Below, piece by piece: positions 53,656 to 64,000 of a DNA stretch of 64,000 nt; within the stretch, counting starts at the first letter, position 1, and every line of letters begins with the position of its first letter. The notes below the pieces were generated by a model. It saw nothing but the letters and a program-made list of their open reading frames with translations. It ran no database searches and was not told where the DNA came from. Origin of the DNA: Bdellovibrionales bacterium (GTDB lineage Bacteria > Bdellovibrionota > Bdellovibrionia > Bdellovibrionales > UBA1609); the NCBI GenBank assembly GCA_965219095.1, contig CBDCMT010000001.1:1856001-1920000 (forward strand), written 5' to 3'. Position numbers and translations under genes: made by a program.

Positions 53656-56600
53656 ATGAGATTCAAAATTCTAAGTATATTATTGGTAAGTTTTTTGTTT
53701 TTAAACTCTTGTTCTAAAAAGAAGGATGGAGTTAAGGGTGAAGATTTTTTTGGATCTGTTGTAGATCCTTCGAGCATAGATTTGGTAGATTTGGAAAGTT
53801 CAAATTCTTTTTTGGAAGTAAATGATGAAGCAAAAACACGGCTTTTCCTTTCCCCTTCTGAGGGAAAAGAAATCAATACTGAAAACTCCCACGTTTACCT
53901 TGGGATTTGGGCAGGCTACTATTGTCGCTATTATGAAACTCAATTGGTTGATGCATCTGATCCAAGTGTTACAGAAGATTCACTTCAGTTAATTTGTAGC
54001 ACGGATGTTGATCATTTCACACCAACTCAAGAACTTTATGGACTTTTCTTTTCTTCTTCACCAGAAACCTTTTGCCGACACACTGGGAGTTCTTTAAGGC
54101 AAAGTCCTGCCGTAGAAACAGTTCAAGAGTTTACTTGCTCTAACATATCTAGCGGAGACTCAGAAATGACTTGTTCTTTAGAAAAAGTTTTTGAAGGTAA
54201 TGTCATAGGTCTTGAAATTTATTCGGAATCTAAAAGTGATTTATTTACTTGTCATAGAGGAACAAAACTTGATTTTAATAGGCCCATAGAGGACCCGGAT
54301 CAAGTGATTAAAGAATCTTTTCCTACACTTAGCAGTTTAACAAGTAAATTTGAGCAAGTTTCTGATGGGATATGGAGGAACTACTTACCTATAAGAACTT
54401 CTTTGCGCTATGGTGGTCTGAATAATATGGATGAACCTGATGAACCTGATGAAGATGAAAGTCCTAAAGTTTTTTACGGTTTATGGGGTCATGATACAGT
54501 GTGCTTTCTTTACGAAGGTTCTTATAGTGAAAAGCCTCCTTTCGACAACACTTCTTTCAAAAAGTTTCGTCATTTAAAATGCGGAGGATCGGATCTTTTG
54601 AGAGTTGGTCTTAACTACCCATTCATCTCTTTAGATGAATACAAGAGCCCTGTAGAACATTGTTCTGAGAGTTATTCGGATTTTCAAGCTATAGGAGATG
54701 ATTTAAGTATTTCTTATGAAAGACAGTATAAAAATTGTCAAATAGCAGGTTTTTCTAACAATACCTCTTCTGCTAAAGAGTCTTGTGACGTAACAGAGGT
54801 ATATAACACTCCACCTATCCAAGGAGTAGAACCTAGTGAATTCTTAGTGGATTGTTATAAATATAATAAAATTCCTAGCAATGAAGAGGATGCTGTTGTA
54901 GAAAAAACCTTCCTCACTATTGACAAAATTCGGGAGGATGGACAAAGCTCTCCTTTCTTAAATATTGAGTCAGAGTCAGACCAAGACAGACTTTTTCCTT
55001 CAGATCCTATGATTACTAATGGAAAGATCAAAACAGCCAGCTGGGATGGCATGGGATGTATATATTATGAAGGAATTTATGTTGGTGACCATGATGATAA
55101 TCCAGATACAGTTAATGAAGATATAGAGTTTAAAAACCTTATTTGTAATCATAATCTTTATGATTCGAGTTTGGATTATCCTGTAGTTTCTTCTAGTATC
55201 TACCGAAGTCCTATAGATCACTGTGCAGTAGATAATCCTACAGATCAGGTAATTTCAGTAAACGGAACTACAAAGTATGAAAGAACTTATGATTGTACGA
55301 GAATTACTGGATTTACAACATGTGAGATGAAAGAGATTTATGATTCACCTATTGTATCTGATTCTCAATTTACCACAAGAAATCTAAACTGTCATAATGG
55401 AGAAGAAGTTCCTGGTACAGGAGTCAGAAATAGAGGAGATTTTAGCAAAGACTTGCTGACATTAGTCAACAAAGATCCTAACGATCAAACTCTTGAAGAA
55501 AGCTTTCTTCCCGAAAGACCTTTGTTAACATATTATCCTAGCATAAGGAATCCTCCTAACGAATACGGTTTAGACGTTCGTTATGGTTTGTGGGGAACGG
55601 ATACTGTCTGTTTTTATTATGACGGCTCTTATTATGAAGGACCTACAGATCCTAATCCTACCAAGACATCCTTCAGACAATTAGTCTGTGGGGGAGGAGA
55701 TCTTTTGAGAGCAGGCTTAAATTACGAGCTTATCTCCCTAGATAAATACAAAAGCCCTGTAGAGCATTGTAATTCTAATGAGTACAAAGATATTTACTTT
55801 GTAGAAGATAATTTAAGTATTACTTATAAAAGAAAATATGAAAGTTGCTCCATTGATGACTTTCCAACATGTTCTGTAGAGGAAATATACTCTACTCCTC
55901 CTGTTCCTGGATCAACTCCTCAAGAAGTCTTAGTGGATTGTTCTGAAGGAACATTTCCTAATAATGAAGCTCTAGAGCTGAAAAGGATGGCCATTGTTAA
56001 AGAAATTACAAGGGCATCCTCTCTTGAAATCGATAAAATTCTTTACCGGGGTAATTTATCAGATATACTTTCGGAAGAAGATGGAGTGAGATTTTTTATA
56101 TGGCATGATCTTTATTGTACACATTATTTCGGAACAGTGACAAGAGAGGAAGAATCACAAAATGTAGATCATTTGGAATGTAGTCATGTGCAAGAGTACA
56201 GCGGAGTTAGGTACCATACAGACCTTATTGCTCTAAGAAGACCTGAATTGATGTGTTCCACTCTCACGGAAGAGTACGAAAAACTCTTTCGTGTTGAAGG
56301 GGGAGGGCATGGAGGTACTGTCAGCCATAGACGAGAACTGCATAGAGAGTTTGAATGTAATATTGAAGGGTTTGAGAAGGGACCTAATGATGATGATGGA
56401 GGTGGCTGTACTTACACTAGAGTTTTAGAAAACGATAATTTAATTTCACAGAAATTTGAATGTGTTGTAAATGGAAAAGATAAAATCTTTGGTTCAGAAA
56501 CAGATGACAACGGTGTAAGGAAGCTTAATATTCCGGATATATTTTCAAGATTTGAAGAGGCCTCATCTTTGGATGGCAGTGGATTTTATAAAGACTTATT

Positions 56601-59124
56601 ATGTGATAATGATGGCGATAGCACCTTTGATGATCCTTGTAATGAAACAGTCAGTATAGCTCTATGGAACGACTATTATTGTAGATTGAATCAAGCGACT
56701 AATGTGTTAGAGAAAGATGAAGATGATTCTGATGATGAAGATAATGATGGAAATAATAACACAAGGACTTTAACAAATCTTTATTGTTCTACTGACAGAA
56801 TTCAAACGGGAGAGGAGTTTTCTTCTCTTGAGAATTTAGATTCCTTAGAGGATCTGTGTCAGAATAGAACTTCATTTCGTCGCCGTCGAGTAAGAGATCA
56901 GGATAGAACTTATGTAGACTTTTCATGTACTGCCATTGAAGGTCTTACATGTAATCTTTCTATGGTATTTCATGAAGCCTTAGATCCTCACTTGACTGTA
57001 AATCCAAGTGAGGCTGTAAAAAAAGAGTTAACTTGTACTAACTATGAAGGTAAAGAAGGTTCTTATGAACATCCCGAAAGAGCCTTAATGGTTTCTTTTT
57101 ATGATGAAAATAGTAAGCATATTCGTAACGAAGATCATGACTTCTTTTATTACGGAGAACTAATACCAGGCAAGGATTTGATTTCTGAAGACATTCTAGG
57201 AAAAAAACCTATCTATTATGGACAGGATCCTCGGCCTTCATTTGATGAAGTAACTTATAGACTTCATGATGATTTAGAAGAACTTGATTATGCTATTAAT
57301 TTGGAACATCTTGTGGATCCTAGTTATAATCATAATTCTCCTGAGCTTATTTATGGGCTAAAAGAAAGACTTACTTATAGATTGCAATTGGAAATGGATG
57401 AAAACAGAGAACTTATGGAAGTAAGTGTTCCTGATGCATCATTTTTAACTTTCGAATGGATGGAAGACACACTTGAAAGCGCTAAATTTATTTTGTCTAA
57501 TTTACAAGAAAAATTTAAGAAACTGACTCCTGACTATCCCTCTCTTCTTTTTTCTGATAATGATGAAAGAGAACGTCATGTTAAAAACATACATCGTTAT
57601 CAGGGACTTTGGAATGGATTCAAGTGTCATTATACCGAATATAATGCTTTTGAGCGTAATCGTAACGAAGAGAACGAAAAGACTGACTCATACAATGAGA
57701 AAAGAAAACTTTTTAAAGACATGGTTTGTTTTTTATCAGAATCTGATACAGCAGCTCTTTCCAGTCCTCAACATGAACTGATTAAAGACAGCCCTGATTT
57801 TGAGTCTCTCAATAGAGAACTAACCCCCTATTTTAACTTACCATTAAATTCTAAAGAGAATGTGATGACCTGTAATCTTGATATACCTATTATAGATAAA
57901 GACATCTTATCTGGTCTCAATGTGACTTACTTATTGAAGTTTTCTGAGCTTGCAGAAGATTATCGGAGTATCCTTGAGAATCTTATAGGTGAGGGTCTAG
58001 CATATAGTGGTGACGGTATCTTTTATAAGTTGATCTTCCCTCATGAGATCTTCCCTCATGATACGCCCTTTCTCTTTCTAAGTCCTCCTCTTGAGTTTAT
58101 TAATTCTTGTTTATTTATTTGGCCATCAAATATCGCTTGCTCTGAATTCAAACTTTTAGATGTGAAAACTTACGTAGACTACTATAAAGTAGCAATAACT
58201 AGTGCTGAAGCAGCAATAACTAATGCTGAAGCAGCAATAACTAATGCTGAAACAGCAGTAATTAATGCTAAAACAGCAGTAGCTAATGCTGAAACAGCAG
58301 TAGCTGATGCTGAAACAGCAGTAGCTGATGCTGCTGATGGTGCAGAAGAAGAATTAGCTAGTGCTAAAGCATCCTTAGCTACTGCTCGAACAGCCTTAAC
58401 TGCTGCTGAAATAGCCTTAGCTAATATTCAATTAACCTTAGATGTTAATAACGACAAATTAGCTGGTGCTAGCCAAGAAAAACTAGGGTTAGCCGAAGCT
58501 GCAAAAGTAGAGGCTGATGCTATTTTTGAAAATATGGAATCGATCTATTTTACTTTAGTAAATAATAGGCCTTATCAATCTAGTGAGGATGAAAGAATTC
58601 TAGCAACAAAACCTGGTATCTCTTTAAATGGAAGCTGTGCCATAAAGGAAATTGAAGGTCATTCTTTAGAGAAAAACTATCGTGTTGTTGATTGGACTCC
58701 CATATTAGATATATGTAAAGACAGAATAGAAACAAGAGTTATAGAGATTCCTCAATACTTTTTAGAGTCTGAAATTACATCTGTGTATGATACCGACTTC
58801 TGTAAAGTGTCAGAAAACACCGCTCTAGAGCCTTTCACAAAAATTTACTATAGCTGTCGCAAAATTGATGATATGGAATGTACACTTGAAAAAACTTACG
58901 AGAAGCGTCCTGTTCGCACAGGTGAGGACCCAGGTTCTTTTCAAAGTGATGAAGAACGCAATAACTTGGATATAAAAAAGGATATAGAAAAGAGAGTATT
59001 AACTGAATCTGTAGAAGAAGACAGAGATCTTATCACAAATTCCACTGACTTAGATAGACCTGAGGGTACAAATGCTCTTCTTCATATGATTTTAAGATGT
59101 AATAACGGAAGACCTGATTATTAA
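53656..59124 (+). CDS. Large Cys-rich, acidic, repeat-containing lipoprotein of unknown function
   Basis: GGAGG RBS; lipobox FLNS-C; repeated W-x(4,5)-C modules; heptad repeat insert. Confidence 0.8.
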   Translation: MRFKILSILLVSFLFLNSCSKKKDGVKGEDFFGSVVDPSSIDLVDLESSNSFLEVNDEAKTRLFLSPSEGKEINTENSHVYLGIWAGYYCRYYETQLVDASDPSVTEDSLQLICSTDVDHFTPTQELYGLFFSSSPETFCRHTGSSLRQSPAVETVQEFTCSNISSGDSEMTCSLEKVFEGNVIGLEIYSESKSDLFTCHRGTKLDFNRPIEDPDQVIKESFPTLSSLTSKFEQVSDGIWRNYLPIRTSLRYGGLNNMDEPDEPDEDESPKVFYGLWGHDTVCFLYEGSYSEKPPFDNTSFKKFRHLKCGGSDLLRVGLNYPFISLDEYKSPVEHCSESYSDFQAIGDDLSISYERQYKNCQIAGFSNNTSSAKESCDVTEVYNTPPIQGVEPSEFLVDCYKYNKIPSNEEDAVVEKTFLTIDKIREDGQSSPFLNIESESDQDRLFPSDPMITNGKIKTASWDGMGCIYYEGIYVGDHDDNPDTVNEDIEFKNLICNHNLYDSSLDYPVVSSSIYRSPIDHCAVDNPTDQVISVNGTTKYERTYDCTRITGFTTCEMKEIYDSPIVSDSQFTTRNLNCHNGEEVPGTGVRNRGDFSKDLLTLVNKDPNDQTLEESFLPERPLLTYYPSIRNPPNEYGLDVRYGLWGTDTVCFYYDGSYYEGPTDPNPTKTSFRQLVCGGGDLLRAGLNYELISLDKYKSPVEHCNSNEYKDIYFVEDNLSITYKRKYESCSIDDFPTCSVEEIYSTPPVPGSTPQEVLVDCSEGTFPNNEALELKRMAIVKEITRASSLEIDKILYRGNLSDILSEEDGVRFFIWHDLYCTHYFGTVTREEESQNVDHLECSHVQEYSGVRYHTDLIALRRPELMCSTLTEEYEKLFRVEGGGHGGTVSHRRELHREFECNIEGFEKGPNDDDGGGCTYTRVLENDNLISQKFECVVNGKDKIFGSETDDNGVRKLNIPDIFSRFEEASSLDGSGFYKDLLCDNDGDSTFDDPCNETVSIALWNDYYCRLNQATNVLEKDEDDSDDEDNDGNNNTRTLTNLYCSTDRIQTGEEFSSLENLDSLEDLCQNRTSFRRRRVRDQDRTYVDFSCTAIEGLTCNLSMVFHEALDPHLTVNPSEAVKKELTCTNYEGKEGSYEHPERALMVSFYDENSKHIRNEDHDFFYYGELIPGKDLISEDILGKKPIYYGQDPRPSFDEVTYRLHDDLEELDYAINLEHLVDPSYNHNSPELIYGLKERLTYRLQLEMDENRELMEVSVPDASFLTFEWMEDTLESAKFILSNLQEKFKKLTPDYPSLLFSDNDERERHVKNIHRYQGLWNGFKCHYTEYNAFERNRNEENEKTDSYNEKRKLFKDMVCFLSESDTAALSSPQHELIKDSPDFESLNRELTPYFNLPLNSKENVMTCNLDIPIIDKDILSGLNVTYLLKFSELAEDYRSILENLIGEGLAYSGDGIFYKLIFPHEIFPHDTPFLFLSPPLEFINSCLFIWPSNIACSEFKLLDVKTYVDYYKVAITSAEAAITNAEAAITNAETAVINAKTAVANAETAVADAETAVADAADGAEEELASAKASLATARTALTAAEIALANIQLTLDVNNDKLAGASQEKLGLAEAAKVEADAIFENMESIYFTLVNNRPYQSSEDERILATKPGISLNGSCAIKEIEGHSLEKNYRVVDWTPILDICKDRIETRVIEIPQYFLESEITSVYDTDFCKVSENTALEPFTKIYYSCRKIDDMECTLEKTYEKRPVRTGEDPGSFQSDEERNNLDIKKDIEKRVLTESVEEDRDLITNSTDLDRPEGTNALLHMILRCNNGRPDY
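58189..58335 (+). repeat. 7 x 21-bp in-frame tandem repeat (heptad (A/T)A(I/V)x(N/D)AE)
   Basis: GCAGCAATAACTAATGCTGAA-type units. Confidence 0.9.
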
Positions 59125-59152
59125 GAGCTTTGCAAAGAATATTACAAAAAAG

Positions 59153-59213
59153 GTAAGTCGGCTTCTTAACAACCCTTGACTACTACGAGAGGGATGTTAA
59201 GGAACCGATTTAT
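59153..59213. mobile_element. ~60-bp MITE with IS66-type GTAA ends (degenerate)
   Basis: GTAAGTCGGCTTCTTAAC...GTTAAGGAACCGATTTAT; related to 61932-62052 and 30693. Confidence 0.6.
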
Positions 59214-59315
59214 AAAGTGAGGTGAGGTCCATCTTTTCAACAAAAGTTTATAAAAACTTGAATGAAATTGTCTTATTTTAAGACAATTGACTTGATTTGA
59301 AACTGTAACAAAACT

Positions 59316-60212
59316 TCATTTTTGAGCCTCATACCTTTGACAAATCTGAACGCATCTAGATTGAATAAAATTAAACAGAGTACCTTTTTTTGAGAAGTCA
59401 GCTTTAGTAACAAGATCAGCTCTGCGACCTTTTTTAATTTCATCTAAATTTCGTTTATGATCCTTATCACTTTTACTTTCATTGTAAAGAATAACTCCCA
59501 TACCCCCGTGTTTTCTTATTACAGAAATAGAGGGAATATCTGTAGGGCCATCACCAATATAAATCATATTTGAAATTGGACACCAAAGATCATTTTCTAA
59601 AATTTTTTGATTTAATTTTCTGTGTTTATAAAAAATAATTCCTTTAGAAATCTCAAAAATAGATCGAGTTTTCATTGTTTGATCCATGCAAAAAACAGGA
59701 ATATTTCTAATGCTAGACTCTTCTCCTACCTGTTGTTCTTCTACTTGGTATTTGCATCCAAAAACTTGTTTTACTTCTTCATTCTTGAAAACAGCCCTAA
59801 CAAGATCTTGTAATCCAGCGGTTATGATGAAGTGCTCTATATTTACATCAAGGTTTTCAAAGTTTTTTCTTTCTGGGAATTCTTTAAGTTTTTTTAAGAA
59901 GGGTTTACAGTTGTTAAAAAGATCTATTTTAAGTTCATCGGCGGAAACTTTTTTATTAAAAAAACTTTCATTCAACCGATATTCTTTTTTATTTGCATAC
60001 TCAGAAACTAAGTGCATCCAAATAGGAGCATCGGAAGCTAAAAGATAGTCAATCTGTTTTTTACTATTGTTACCTCTTATTCTTTTAACATCTTTCCAAA
60101 AATCTTTAATATTTACCTTTAACAATTCATCAATAAACTTAGTTGTAGAATCATCTGGAGTAAGAGTTCCGTCGAAATCCCAAAGAATAGAAATATTGAT
60201 TGTTTTTGACAT
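59316..60212 (-). CDS. HAD-superfamily hydrolase
   Basis: WDFDGTLTPD, IITAGL, MIYIGDGPTDIP. Confidence 0.85.
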   Translation of the reverse strand: MSKTINISILWDFDGTLTPDDSTTKFIDELLKVNIKDFWKDVKRIRGNNSKKQIDYLLASDAPIWMHLVSEYANKKEYRLNESFFNKKVSADELKIDLFNNCKPFLKKLKEFPERKNFENLDVNIEHFIITAGLQDLVRAVFKNEEVKQVFGCKYQVEEQQVGEESSIRNIPVFCMDQTMKTRSIFEISKGIIFYKHRKLNQKILENDLWCPISNMIYIGDGPTDIPSISVIRKHGGMGVILYNESKSDKDHKRNLDEIKKGRRADLVTKADFSKKGTLFNFIQSRCVQICQRYEAQK

Positions 60213-60488
60213 AGTTTGTAATTTTTAGGAGTTTATGATTTAGAAAGTCTGTGAAATTTCAATTTTATTTTTCCATCTTGATTTATGTGAATGGTTCTGC
60301 TAGGGATAACTTCAGGAGAAGTACATGTCTCTTTCTTTTGATCTTTGGTCGTTTTATTTTTTTTAACCTTCATATCTTGTACCAAAAAAGTTTATATATT
60401 AACATTTTTATAGCACACTTTTTTTCTAAATGAAAGTCTAAGCGCATCAGCACCAAGGAAAACGCAACTGCTCACCTCTTTAAGTTTT

Positions 60489-60760
60489 GGCTCCTCCTGG
60501 GAATCTGTGGGTAAAAACCAGCTAAAAAAGGCTTAAAATGGACATCAGGAAAGCAACGTAGAGTAAGACATTCTGTCTTTAATTGTTGAGCTTGAGACTC
60601 CTGTCTCGAATCGCTTTTAGCGATTTTAGTTTAACAATCTCATTTGATTTTTGCTGTATTACATTAAAATCTTAAAAAAGAAGCACCTACTTCCCAAATG
60701 CCTTAAAATGTTTATTCAAAAAAACAAAGGAGGGAAGAGATGCTTTTGAAGACCATACTA
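60489..60760 (+). mobile_element. Diverged ISL3 left-end fragment cut by IS982
   Basis: GGCTCCTCCTGGGAATCTGTGG...ATGCTTTTGAAGAC.ATACTA, similar to 29149-29436. Confidence 0.8.
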
Positions 60761-61336
60761 ACCCGAGTTTCGACTTTTATATATTGCTCAGAGGCCCCTG
60801 TTCTTGAGTTTTAAGTTGAATGGAGGGTTTTTTAGGTTTTAAACAATAGGAGATGAGAGTACCTAAAAGATTGATGACAAAGTTTTGTGGGCTACGATGG
60901 CGAGAATGCTCAAGATGAAACTCTCCTTTTAACACTCCAATCACTGTTTCCACAACAGAACGTTTTTTCAACATCAACTTGTCAAATAAGGGAATCAATT
61001 TATTCTTCATATTTAATTTGACGTTTGTAATAAGCTTAACTCCCTTTTTTAAAAGCTTTTTGAAAAGGTCTGATGAAATATAACCTTTGTCTCCAAAGAG
61101 TTTCCCCACCAGCCCTTTACACAAACCTATAACAGGCTTTCGATCATCTACATTTCCCTGAGTTAAGGTAAAACTTAAAAGTTCTCCGAGGTGATTGATA
61201 ACAATATGGAGTTTAAATCCGAAGAACCAGCCCATACTACTTTTGCCTCTTTTTGCTAACTTTTGAAACACTTTATTTCGTTCTATTCTTTTATTTTTGC
61301 AGAACGAAGACATAAAACTCTTATCCTTAATTACTT
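60761..61336 (-). mobile_element. IS982-family element, 5'-truncated by IS66 (ORF 60777-61313)
   Basis: ACCCGAGTT end; GK.SMGWF.GFKLH, GN.DDR, GKL.GDKGYIS, KR..VET, HSRHRS. Confidence 0.9.
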
Positions 61337-63000
61337 GTAATTGCTCACCTACATTGTTCAGTTATCCCTAACTTTAGACCTGTTTTAAGATAAAAGTCTT
61401 GCTCTTACAGATTTTCTTTTAAATACTCTTTTCAAATGACAATAAATAAGACCTCCATCAGAAATGAGATTGAAAATATAAGAAGTGACTTTGATAAGTT
61501 TGCAAAGAAAGGTTCTGTGCCTACTGAGATTTCTGTGATTGTTGAATCTCTCTTTAAGGTTGTGAACATTCTGATTGTTGTGCTTTTAGAAAAACAGGTT
61601 CGAAAAAATTCCAGCAACAGCGGTCTTCCTCCTTCGCAAGATTTTAGTCGTCAAGGGAATCGTAATAAGAAAGCTAGTGGGAGTCAGAAAAAGGGGCTCT
61701 AGACTTGATAACAGTAAAGATACAAAACAGTGAGGAGACTGTCTCTCCCTCAGAGTGTTCTCAGTGTGGGATGTTTTTAAAGACAGCAGAGGTAAAAAGC
61801 CTTGAAAAGCGTAAAAAGATTGATATTTTTTATGAAATTCAGACCCATACTGTAACTTCTGAAGTTAAGGATTGTCCCTCATGTGGAGCTAGAAATAAAG
61901 GTCAATTCCCTAAAGGTATGAGTGGTCATCTGTAACTCGGTTTTTAAACCGCTCCTAACTTATACTGACTACACTTCTTTCAAAAAAAACCTTTTAAAAT
62001 CTAAGAAACATCCTCTCCACAGAAGTCAAGGGCTGTTAAGAAACCGACTTACGGTCCTCTTCAGTATGGTGTAGGCATTAGAGCTTCCATCATCAATTTC
62101 ATTATAGTTCAGATGCTGTCTTTTAGAGCGTGTTGGGGAACATTACATGGGGCTTATAGGTCGAATGATTTCTCCTGCAGTTATGTTGAGATACATTGCT
62201 GAATTAGGAGAGTTTCTTAAAAGTTGGGAAGAGCAGATGAAAGAAAAGATACTTGAATCAGAGGTCATTCATGTTGATGAGACCTCTATGAGGGTTAAGG
62301 GTAAAAACTACTGGATTCATACTTATAGTTCAGGAGAATTAGTCTTGCAGTTTCTCCACCTTTCAGGTGGAAGGGAAGCCATAAAAGATATTGGTCTCTT
62401 GGATAGATATGGAGGAGTGCTTGTGCATGATTGTTGGAGTCCTTACTTTTGTTATGATAAGATAACTCATGCTTTGTGTGTGGCTCACCTTTTGAGAGAG
62501 CTTAAATTTATAGAAGAAAGCAATGGATTCAAATGGGCTACAAATCTCAAAAAACTTCTTAAAGAGACTGTGGAGTTAGTTCATAAAAAAGAGTCAAGAG
62601 TTCTGACTCAAAAAGAGTACGAAACTCTTCAGAGAAGGTATAGGAGTATTCTTACAAAAGGCTTAAAAGAGCTTCCAGAATTTCCTAAGAAAAATGGCAA
62701 GAAAGGACGAATAAAGCATACACAAGCTCAGAACCTTTGGCTGCGATTTAAAAAGTATGAAGCAGAAATACTGTGTTTTGCTAAAAGAAAGAACGTAGAT
62801 CCTACTAATAACAGAGCTGAAAGAGATCTAAGAATGACTAAAGTGAAAAAGAAAGTGTCAGGGTGTTTCAGAACAGAAGAAATGGCGAAATATTTTTGTC
62901 GTATTACCAGCTATGTTAAAACAATGAGAAATAGAGGGTATTCTTCTTTAGAAGCCATCTCTATGGCTTTAAATAAAAACTTACGAAAGTGAGCAGTTAC
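61337..63000 (+). mobile_element. IS66-family element, copy 3, frameshifted and interrupted by a MITE
   Basis: GTAATTGCTCAC...GTGAGCAGTTAC; flanks differ (no TSD); ORFs 61436-61702, 61705-61935, 62147-62992. Confidence 0.92.
61932..62052. mobile_element. 121-bp non-autonomous IS66-type MITE
   Basis: GTAACTCGGTTT...AAACCGACTTAC; 8-bp TSD GGTCATCT/GGTCCTCT; empty site visible in the other IS66 copies. Confidence 0.88.
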
Positions 63001-63531
63001 TATTTTTTTTAAAAAAAAATAGATTCTATGTTTTTCTCCAGATTTTTATCCTTTTCAAGCTTTCCCCTGGTTTTTAAAAAACTATAAAAACCAGAACGAG
63101 ATCCTCTTAATAATTCGCAGATGCGAAGCACTGGATGCCCTTTCTCTTTTACATAAAACATAGCCTTAAATCTCATTTCAGGATTTCCTTTGAAAAAAAA
63201 GCCGCTGCCTCTTTCAATATACCTACACTCCGCCTCTCATAGACCAGCTCCTTTTTTAACCTCTTTATTTCCTCCAATGCCGAAGCCAAGTCATGGGAAG
63301 CTTGTCTTTCTACTTCAGGCTTTAGAAAACGCTTCCAAGAGCTTATCACTTGGAAATTTCTCAGTCCTAGCTTCTCTGAGGCTTCCTTTGCACCTATTTC
63401 CTCTGCCAATTCAATGGCTTGCTTTTTAAACTCTTCCGAGTACTGTTTTACTTTTTCCATTCTTTCTTTTACCTCCATTTTATGGAGACTTTAAGAGAAA
63501 ATTGACTGTCCGCAAAAACAGGGGAAGTTCA
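63001..63531 (-). mobile_element. IS3 element, truncated (OrfA 63173-63478 intact, OrfB cut by IS66)
   Basis: Near-identical to about 47643-48169. Confidence 0.92.
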
Positions 63532-63575
63532 TACAGCTCCAGGCCCTTGGTTACAGGCTAGGAAAGATCACTTCT

Positions 63576-64000
63576 TCAAATACAAGACACAGGGATTTGA
63601 ATGATTTTTTCTGTTAATAACATAACTTTCTTTGAATTATTTATAACAACTCCATAAGCAAGATCATAATCTTTAATAAATTTCTGTAAAGACGTAAGTT
63701 GTCTTGCTGTTGTTGTGGTTCCGAGTTTAATTTCAATAGGCAGAATGCCAAAAGCCCCTTCTAAAATCAGATCAATCTCTGCACCTGATCTTGTACGGTA
63801 ATAATAGTAATCAAACCGTAAAGGTCCTAAAGCTTCGATTCCTTTTAAAACTTCCTCAATAACAAAACTTTCAAAATGAGCTCCTACATTAGGGTATTTT
63901 AAAAGGTCTTTTTTTGTTTCAATATTTAAAATATAATGGGCTAAGCCCAGATCTCTAAAAACTCCTTTCGGCATTTTAACTATAGACTTTGCTTTTGATT
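63576..64000 (-). CDS. AAA_14/DUF4143 family protein, C-terminal part (runs off window)
   Basis: PK..FRD.GL, G.HFESFV.EE, YYYRT..GAEIDL......PIEIK. Confidence 0.85.
   Translation of the reverse strand, partial: SKAKSIVKMPKGVFRDLGLAHYILNIETKKDLLKYPNVGAHFESFVIEEVLKGIEALGPLRFDYYYYRTRSGAEIDLILEGAFGILPIEIKLGTTTTARQLTSLQKFIKDYDLAYGVVINNSKKVMLLTEKIIQIPVSCI

Noticed and set aside
24188..60048. Short antisense or overlapping ORFs inside rpoD, nuoL/N, IS genes, the lipoprotein and the HAD gene
   Set aside because: Shadow ORFs of well-supported genes with no independent signals

Overview
AT-rich bacterial chromosome window, probably Bdellovibrionota-like (inferred from a membrane-arm-only nuoA-H-J-K-L-M-N cluster and a VirB2/TrbC-type pilin remnant). 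It is heavily invaded by insertion sequences (IS630 of three types, IS66/ISBst12-like, IS3, ISL3, IS1634, IS982, plus IS5/IS30/IS256-like scars and MITEs), often nested, as expected in a recently host-restricted lineage. Intact core blocks are tRNA-Ser-tadA / rpsU-yqeY-dnaG-rpoD-tRNA(CAT), nuoAHJKLMN and mfd. Bases 1-20 kb are an eroded defence/mobile island: a duplicated truncated rhuM, a TdeIII/MjaII-like type II R-M pair, a DprA + PRTase (ShosTA-like) pair and a broken phage-type methylase. Removing the IS insertions in silico also reveals a small operon of two tandem ~70-aa paralogues that look like circularly permuted GIY-YIG domains, followed by DUF2188. A second island remnant (serine-recombinase C-terminus) abuts the tRNA(CAT). 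Downstream of mfd is an unrecognised 1822-aa lipoprotein built from about seven six-cysteine modules. All family calls come from motif recognition by eye; no database searches were run.
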